32,596 bases of DNA from an uncultured Thermotogae bacterium. Its GTDB lineage: Bacteria > Bipolaricaulota > Bipolaricaulia > M55B111. How positions within the stretch are numbered: position 1 is the stretch's first letter; each line of letters begins with the position of its first letter. Positions 27,034 through 32,596 of this stretch are shown here, piece after piece. The stretch is taken from positions 1 through 32,596 of the forward strand of contig CAZWZR010000002.1 of assembly GCA_964638365.1 (NCBI GenBank), in the 5' to 3' direction. A model generated the notes under the pieces. The model was not told the origin of the DNA. It worked only from the letters and a program-made list of their open reading frames with translations, and made no database searches. Made by a program: the position numbers and the translations under genes.

Positions 27034-28857
27034 TTATTCCACCGTCACGCTCTTTGCCAGGTTTCTGGGCTGGTCCACGTCCGTTCCCCTGAGAACGCCT
27101 ATATGATAGGCAAGCAGTTGCAGCGGTACCGTAAATATCATCGGGGTCAGGAACTTGTCCGTATCCGGGAGGGATATCAACTCGTCCGCTATTTCCTCCG
27201 ATTCATCAGTCATCTCGTCGGTAAGGACTATTACCTTCCCCTTCCTGGCCCGAACTTCTTCGATGTTAGAATAGACCTTGTCGTAAACAGAGTTCTTGGT
27301 AATCAACGCCACAACGGGCATGTCCTCGTCTATCAAAGCTATTGGGCCGTGTTTCATCTCCCCGGCCGGGTAACCCTCTGCATGGATGTAGGAGATCTCT
27401 TTCAGTTTCAGAGCACCTTCCATGGCAATCGGATAGAGCACATCTCGACCGAGAAAGAGAAAGTCCTCCTTCTCATAGAACTTCTCCGCGAGTTCCTCAA
27501 TTCGGCCCTCCCCCTCCAGCTGTTTCTCGAGCAACGCCGGTGCCTTATTCAGGTTTTCGGCGACTCTCCTGGCTCTTTTTTCGCTGACTGCTCCTTTCAA
27601 CCGGGCTAACTCTAAACCCAGCAGGGTCAGGGCAGCCAGCTGCGACGTGAAGGCCTTCGTCGAGGCAACGCCGATCTCCGGTCCGGCGTGGGTATACAGG
27701 ACCGCGTCGGAACGCCTGGTCACCGTCGAGCCCAGCACGTTGACGACGGAAACTATAGTCGCCCCCTTGTCCCTGGCCTTCTCCAATCCGGCCAGCGTAT
27801 CAGCAGTCTCCCCGGATTGAGAGATTCCAACTACCAGAGAGTCATCGTCCAGCGGCGGGTTCCGGTAACGAAACTCGGAACCAAGCTCGACTTCTATCGG
27901 AATATTCAAAAATTCTTCCCAGACGTATTTAGCAACCTGGCCGGCGTAAGCCGACGTACCGCAGGCAACTATAAATACCTTGTCCTTGCTTATCAGGTCA
28001 CCTTCGTCGAGCCCCCCTTCATCCATCCGCAGGCCACCGTCCGAGAAATCCCTTCCCCGGATCGTATCCCCCACGGCCTCCGGCTGCTCGTGTATCTCCT
28101 TCAGCATGAAGTGTTTGTAACCTTCCTTGCGCGCGGCTACCGGATCCCAGTCTACCTCCCGTGTTTCGGCTTCGGACGGGTTTCCATCTAAATCCGTTAT
28201 TTCTATACCCGATTCGGTCAGTGATACCACCTGATCGTCTTCGAGGTAAGTGATCTCGTTAGTGTAATCCAGCATCGCCGGAACGTCGGACGCGATTAGT
28301 TTCTCTTTTTCCGTGGAACCGACGACTAGAGGGCTACCGCGACGGGCAGCAACTATCTTTTCCGGTGAGTTCTTACTCAATACGGCAATTGCAAACGTAC
28401 CTTCGACGCGGCTGAGGGCGGATCTTACCCTTTCTTCGAGTGATCCCTGCCCCTCCTCGATCAGGTGTATCAGGACCTCCGAATCCGTCTTAGAGCTGAA
28501 CTCGTGGCCATTCGACTCCAGTTCCGACCTCAGCTCTCGATGGTTCTCGATAATTCCATTGTGTACCAGGCTATAATCGTCGCCGCAGCCCTGGTGAGGA
28601 TGAGCATTGGCATCGTTCGGCTCCCCGTGGGTCGCCCATCTGGTGTGACCGATTCCGACGTTTCCCGGCCTTGGATTATCGACCAGCGCGTCTTCCAGTT
28701 CGGCTATCTTCCCGGCCATCTTCTCTATTCTCAACCCGTCATCACCGATTACCGCCACTCCGGCTGAATCATAACCCCGGTACTCGAGTTTCTTGAGCCC
28801 GCTGATGAGAACCGGTTGCGCCTCTCTTTCCCCTCTATATCCGATTATTCCGCACAT
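27034..28857 (-). CDS. glmS: Glutamine--fructose-6-phosphate aminotransferase
   Basis: 607 aa. MCGIIGY provides the N-terminal Cys nucleophile. Two SIS domains follow, and the C-terminus ends in the canonical ...AKSVTVE. AGGAGG RBS. Confidence 0.97.
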   Translation of the reverse strand: MCGIIGYRGEREAQPVLISGLKKLEYRGYDSAGVAVIGDDGLRIEKMAGKIAELEDALVDNPRPGNVGIGHTRWATHGEPNDANAHPHQGCGDDYSLVHNGIIENHRELRSELESNGHEFSSKTDSEVLIHLIEEGQGSLEERVRSALSRVEGTFAIAVLSKNSPEKIVAARRGSPLVVGSTEKEKLIASDVPAMLDYTNEITYLEDDQVVSLTESGIEITDLDGNPSEAETREVDWDPVAARKEGYKHFMLKEIHEQPEAVGDTIRGRDFSDGGLRMDEGGLDEGDLISKDKVFIVACGTSAYAGQVAKYVWEEFLNIPIEVELGSEFRYRNPPLDDDSLVVGISQSGETADTLAGLEKARDKGATIVSVVNVLGSTVTRRSDAVLYTHAGPEIGVASTKAFTSQLAALTLLGLELARLKGAVSEKRARRVAENLNKAPALLEKQLEGEGRIEELAEKFYEKEDFLFLGRDVLYPIAMEGALKLKEISYIHAEGYPAGEMKHGPIALIDEDMPVVALITKNSVYDKVYSNIEEVRARKGKVIVLTDEMTDESEEIADELISLPDTDKFLTPMIFTVPLQLLAYHIGVLRGTDVDQPRNLAKSVTVE

Positions 28858-28881
28858 ACTTGCCTCCTTTTAGAGTTTTCA

Positions 28882-29694
28882 TCAGTCCTCGATTACCTCC
28901 GCGTCCTCCGGTAGTTCCGTAACTTCTTCCAGGTTCAGGTCCTGGTTGACAACCACTTTTTCAACAGACGTGTAAACGGTCTCGCGGTCCCCCTCGTCAA
29001 AGTAGGTAATTAGTTCCCGGGGAAGGAGATCGCCGGGATCGAACTGGATAACCTGTCGGGAAAACTCGTAGTCTTTCGTCTCTGGAGTTATCTCAACCAC
29101 GTATTCCCCAAAAAGATTCCCAGATTCGAAGGAATAACCGGATCGCGGAGGAGAACCCAGTCCGGTTAAGGCAGAACCGGGTAATCCTCCGGATAAACCA
29201 TCAGAAGCCCGATCATAGTAGCTGAAATCGGGCAGATCGAGCTCGACGGGCGTACCGATCAACTTTACTTCTAGGTCATCGGAGCGAACGAGCTCAAGCA
29301 GGTATTTCGGCGTCAAACTGGCCGCCTCTACCGGGAGGTCAGCCCCACCAAGGTCCTTCTTCACTATTAGATTTCTCCCGGGCATGTACTGATAGAGAAA
29401 GTCGTCCTCCAGCAAAAAGAACTGCCCCTTCATCTGATCCGGCGATAGGTACTCTACCCGGAGTCGCCTCGGTTCCGTGACTGCCAGAACCCGTATGGAA
29501 ACAGGCGGCTCCAGCCCGGACAGGCTCAAATCGGCGGTAAAGTTGGTTATCCCCCTGTATTCTTCCTCCAGCCTGGAGATGAACTCTTCAGTTGAACTTA
29601 TTACCTCACTCGTAGTCGCGGAATCCCCGGCAATCCCGAGCGATAGCAAGGAAACCAGTATAACAATCAACAAAGAGGCGATGACTCGTCTCAT
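28882..29694 (-). CDS. Secreted LolA-like / outer-membrane-lipoprotein-sorting-fold protein (tentative)
   Basis: 270 aa with an N-terminal signal/anchor helix. The pattern ITNFTADL...PRRLRVEYLSPDQMKGQFFLLEDDFLYQYMPGRNLI resembles LolA/DUF4367-like proteins. It ends 24 nt upstream of glmS. Confidence 0.45.
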   Translation of the reverse strand: MRRVIASLLIVILVSLLSLGIAGDSATTSEVISSTEEFISRLEEEYRGITNFTADLSLSGLEPPVSIRVLAVTEPRRLRVEYLSPDQMKGQFFLLEDDFLYQYMPGRNLIVKKDLGGADLPVEAASLTPKYLLELVRSDDLEVKLIGTPVELDLPDFSYYDRASDGLSGGLPGSALTGLGSPPRSGYSFESGNLFGEYVVEITPETKDYEFSRQVIQFDPGDLLPRELITYFDEGDRETVYTSVEKVVVNQDLNLEEVTELPEDAEVIED

Positions 29695-30018
29695 ATCTCG
29701 TTCAAACCGAATATTAGCTTTCTCGGGTTCATATCAATTGTAAATTATAGCTCTGGTAACTCCCAGCACAACAATTAAGTAGACAAAAGGGAGAGATTGA
29801 CCTCTATCATTTCTAGCGTTTCACCAGACCAAACTGATCCCGGTTATCCTTCAATAGTCGGACCCCGAGAAGTCTTAGAGGGAATTTCTCCATGGTGGAG
29901 CGAGGGCCGAGCTAACGTATAATTGTAACCGTTGAATGGACAGGGCCAGGATAACTTCAAAATTTCGCTACTTATCTGAGACCCTTATTTGTACTGCAAA
30001 AAGCCGCTGAGGAACACG

Positions 30019-30048
30019 TTGAGGGAGGCAAACCAGTTCCGTTAGAAT
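30019..30048 (+). promoter_or_regulatory. Candidate promoter of pgk
   Basis: TTGAGG-18 nt-TAGAAT, about 83 nt upstream of the pgk ATG. Confidence 0.33.
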
Positions 30049-30130
30049 TTGTTAGGATAATCACAAGATGGTTCATTGCACCAGCTGCCGGATTCATTTT
30101 TAGCTACCGAGAACAAAAGGAGGAAAAAAT

Positions 30131-31333
30131 ATGATTGACCCAACTTCTCAGTTCAGGACTATGGAGGACGTTTCTCTCGAGGGTAAGGACGTGCTGGTCC
30201 GCGTGGACTTCAACGTCCCGCTCGAAGACGGAGAAGTGGCCGACGCCAACAGGATCGAAAGCGCCCTTCCGACGATTAACTACCTGACGGACGCCGACGC
30301 CAAGGTCATTCTGATGAGCCACCTGGGCAGACCGGGAGGCGAAGTGGACGAGGACTTCCGTCTGGATCCAGTGGGAGAGAAGCTATCCGAACTCGTCGAT
30401 ACCGAGGTAAAGAAACTCGATGACTGCATCGGACCCGAGGTAAAAGGGGAAATCGAATCGCTGGAACCGGGAAACATAATACTGCTGGAAAACACGCGCT
30501 TCTACTCCGGAGAAAAGGCAAACGACGACGAGTTTGCCGAGAGCCTGAGCGAACTGGCTGATATCTTCGTCAGCGACGCTTTCGGCATGGTACACAGGAA
30601 GCACGTCTCCAATTACGGCGTTGCGACCAAGCTGCCGGCCGCGGCAGGTAAGTTGATCCTCAAGGAAGTTGAAGGCCTGACGGAAGCCGTGGAGAACCCG
30701 GATCACCCGTTTGTGGCCATAATCGGTGGTAAGAAGGCCTCGAGCAAAATCGGCGCACTCTGGGACATGAAGGAAAGAGTTGACAAGTTCCTGATCGGAG
30801 GCGCTCTTGCCTTCACCTTTCTGCACGCCCAGGGCCACATGGTCGGCGATTCGCTCGTCGAGGAATCAATGGTGGACGAGGTCAGGGACTTTCTGGAGGA
30901 AGTAAAAGACGACCGTAACACCGAGGTTCTCCTGCCCGAAGACGCAAAGGTATCCGAGGAATTTAGCGAAAAGGGAGAGGTTAAAACCGTCGATGCCACG
31001 AAGATTCCACCTGGCTGGATGGGAATAGATATCGGTCCCGCTACTATCAGAAAATACAGCGCGGAGATAGAGGACGCGGAGACGCTAGTCTGGGCCGGTC
31101 CACTAGGCGGCTTCGAACTGGAACCCTTCCAGGCCGGAACCAAGGAAGTGGCGGAAGCAGTAGCAGACGGATCCGGCTACCGGATAATCGGAGGCGGAGA
31201 AACAGGTGCAGCAATCAAGGAATTTGGCTTTGCCGACGAGATGGATCACGTCTCAACCGGTGGCGGAGCCTGCCTGGGTTTCCTGCGAGGAAAAGAACTG
31301 CCGGCACTGGAAGTTCTCAAGGTCAAAGAATAA
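30131..31333 (+). CDS. pgk: Phosphoglycerate kinase
   Basis: 400 aa. Contains RVDFNVPL, SHLGRPGG and GGGETGAA-type motifs. AAGGAGG RBS. Confidence 0.97.
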   Translation: MIDPTSQFRTMEDVSLEGKDVLVRVDFNVPLEDGEVADANRIESALPTINYLTDADAKVILMSHLGRPGGEVDEDFRLDPVGEKLSELVDTEVKKLDDCIGPEVKGEIESLEPGNIILLENTRFYSGEKANDDEFAESLSELADIFVSDAFGMVHRKHVSNYGVATKLPAAAGKLILKEVEGLTEAVENPDHPFVAIIGGKKASSKIGALWDMKERVDKFLIGGALAFTFLHAQGHMVGDSLVEESMVDEVRDFLEEVKDDRNTEVLLPEDAKVSEEFSEKGEVKTVDATKIPPGWMGIDIGPATIRKYSAEIEDAETLVWAGPLGGFELEPFQAGTKEVAEAVADGSGYRIIGGGETGAAIKEFGFADEMDHVSTGGGACLGFLRGKELPALEVLKVKE

Positions 31334-31348
31334 CTGATCTCAGAATTA

Positions 31349-31385
31349 AAAAGGGCATGGGATTTTACCCATGCCCTTTTCGTTT
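31349..31385 (+). terminator. Rho-independent terminator of pgk
   Basis: AAAAGGGCATGGG-ATTTTA-CCCATGCCCTTTT followed by CGTTT. It starts 15 nt after the pgk stop. Confidence 0.85.
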
Positions 31386-31510
31386 CCTCCAGATCATATT
31401 CGCTCTTCCCTCGAATTTCTAACCTTAACCAGTCTTCTGGTATTACGTCTTTGGTACTGAGCGTTAAACAAAAACAAAACATACTCATGGGGTTTCTTAT
31501 TTAATAATCA

Positions 31511-31532
31511 TCACCCCCACCTTACTCCTCCC
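31511..31532 (+). repeat. Truncated copy of the CACCCCC...TCCTCCC repeat element
   Basis: TCACCCCCACCTTACTCCTCCC matches 21 of the first 22 nt of the full copy at 31605. It lacks the returning GGGGGAGGA arm. Confidence 0.6.
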
Positions 31533-31541
31533 GTAATTCTA

Positions 31542-31569
31542 GGTACTGGGTACTAGGTATTTGGTATTA
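31542..31569. repeat. Four tandem heptamers GGTAYTN
   Basis: GGTACTG GGTACTA GGTATTT GGTATTA. Isolated identical units occur at 31439-31445 (GGTATTA) and 31453-31459 (GGTACTG). Confidence 0.6.
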
Positions 31570-31604
31570 GTGGAAAGACATCTATGAGTTATCCTTCTCA
31601 AGCT

Positions 31605-31642
31605 TCACCCCCACCTTAATCCTCCCCCATCAAGGGGGAGGA
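31605..31642 (+). repeat. Full copy of the repeat element: CACCCCC head plus G5/C5 hairpin
   Basis: TCACCCCCACCTTAA-TCCTCCCCC-ATCAA-GGGGGAGGA, with a 9-bp perfect stem. Confidence 0.65.
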
Positions 31643-31970
31643 AAATCCATATATTTTGAACTTAATTTTTCACCATTATAAACGTGTCATAATTTTTTGG
31701 TGTCATAACTTCCAGCTAACCAAATCATAGGGTAAGAAAATATTTAATTAGACGATAGCCGATGCTTTCAAGCCTCGGTGACGAGAAATGTGAAAACCTC
31801 GACGAATTTTATTCGGTAAGACATTGGTGCCCGGGGGTTAAACCTAAAATAACCCGGTAAATCCTGGCAATTCTACCCACCATCACAGCGGGGCTGGAAA
31901 GCCCCGCCTATCGAATAATTGTGGCTTTGAAAGAATTGAGTTGATATCAATGATACGTTATTAGGTGTTC

Positions 31971-32012
31971 CTTTCCCCCCTCAGTGGGGGAAAGAAAGAA
32001 TGGGGGGGTGTA
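31971..32012 (-). repeat. Inverted, diverged copy of the same element just downstream of fabF
   Basis: The minus strand reads ACACCCCCCCATTCTTT-CTTTCCCCC-ACTGAG-GGGGGAAAG. The head-plus-9-bp-hairpin architecture is the same. It begins 7 nt after the fabF stop and is a possible fabF terminator. Confidence 0.55.
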
Positions 32013-32018
32013 CCAGAT

Positions 32019-32596
32019 CTAGACCTTCTCGATCAGAATGGAGGCGTTCTGGCCGCCGAAGCCGAACGAATTGGATAGTGCGGTTTCAATGTCCTCTTTC
32101 CTGCCCTCGTTCGGCACGTAATCCAGGTCGCATTCCTCGTCAGGGTTTTCGTAGTTGATCGTCGGAGGTACGTAGCCTTCTTTCAGCGACAAGCTGGTAA
32201 GAGCCGTCTCCACGGTTCCGGCAGCTCCCACCAGGTGGCCAAACTGAGATTTATTGGAGGAAACCGGTACGTCATAGGCCCCGTTTCCGAGGAGGGACTT
32301 TATCGCCCTCGTTTCCATCTTATCGTTCAGGCTGGTGCTCGTACCGTGGGCATTTACGTAATCCACCTCTTCCGGCTCGACTCCTCCGTCCTGAAGGGCA
32401 CGTTCCATCGCTTCCATCGCCCCGGCTCCATCTTCCCGCGGAGCAGTAACGTGATGGGCATCCGCCGTCTTTCCGACGCCCCTTATCCGGGAATAGGGCT
32501 CAACACCCCTTTCCTTAACGCTTTCCTCCCTTTCCAGAACGAGAAAACCGCCTCCCTCCCCCATGACGAAACCGTCCCTCTCGGCGTCGAAAGGCC
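32019..32596 (-). CDS. fabF: Beta-ketoacyl-ACP synthase II, 3' part; the gene continues past the window edge
   Basis: The frame stays open to the window end (..[21 protein letters not shown]). Contains [25 protein letters not shown] and [15 protein letters not shown]. Confidence 0.93.
   Translation of the reverse strand, partial: PFDAERDGFVMGEGGGFLVLEREESVKERGVEPYSRIRGVGKTADAHHVTAPREDGAGAMEAMERALQDGGVEPEEVDYVNAHGTSTSLNDKMETRAIKSLLGNGAYDVPVSSNKSQFGHLVGAAGTVETALTSLSLKEGYVPPTINYENPDEECDLDYVPNEGRKEDIETALSNSFGFGGQNASILIEKV

Noticed and set aside
28858-28881. A glmS ribozyme upstream of glmS, and T-box leaders upstream of tyrS and pheS.
   Set aside because: The upstream spacers are only 24 nt (glmS), 28 nt (tyrS) and 91 nt (pheS). 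All are far too short for these RNA elements.
31246-31488. An 80-aa minus-strand ORF spanning the pgk 3' end and terminator, and a 60-aa ORF at 26924-27106 (+).
   Set aside because: Both overlap the ends of strong genes and run through terminator or repeat sequence. Neither has an RBS or any motif.
31511-31642. A possible degenerate CRISPR array, suggested by two near-identical 22-nt repeats about 94 nt apart.
   Set aside because: There are only two direct copies. The spacing is irregular relative to the third, inverted copy. The repeat is part of a hairpin element also found at 26893. There are no cas genes.

Overview
This is a 32.6-kb bacterial chromosomal window that is almost entirely housekeeping genes. 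Coding density is about 90%, and SD sites are GGAGG-type.

Genes from 20437 down to 177 all run on the minus strand: rimP, nusA, an RND/MMPL-type exporter, an acidic hypothetical protein, rny, spoVS, an AtpZ-like small membrane protein, a PpiD-like PPIase fused to TPR repeats, a DUF4911-like ORF, yqeG, a 2Fe-2S/ASKHA (RACo-like) protein, gyrA, tyrS, a HIT protein, a PatB/MalY-type aminotransferase, and a two-gene Na+/solute symporter unit.

The right third holds rluD-family, a CDP-alcohol phosphatidyltransferase, dcd overlapping thyX, a HerA/FtsK-superfamily ATPase fusion, hup, pheS, a LolA-like gene plus glmS, pgk, and the 3' part of fabF.

I found no rRNA, tRNA, CRISPR array, transposase, integrase, toxin-antitoxin pair or recognised defence gene, so this does not look like an accessory island.

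The most unusual items are:
- A 609-aa protein at 23387-25216. It joins an N-terminal HerA/FtsK-type P-loop ATPase, a coiled coil, an acidic disordered linker and a C-terminal winged-helix-like domain. It has no NurA or effector partner.
- A family of G5/C5-core hairpin repeats, plus a heptamer tandem repeat, concentrated in a 633-bp gene-free convergent spacer between pgk and fabF.
- An RND exporter and an acidic orphan protein where infB usually follows nusA.
- A SpoVS with an acidic tail.
- A recurring TTGAG-N17/18-TAnAAT promoter pattern, including two near-leaderless genes.

All functional calls come from reading motifs by eye. No database search was possible.
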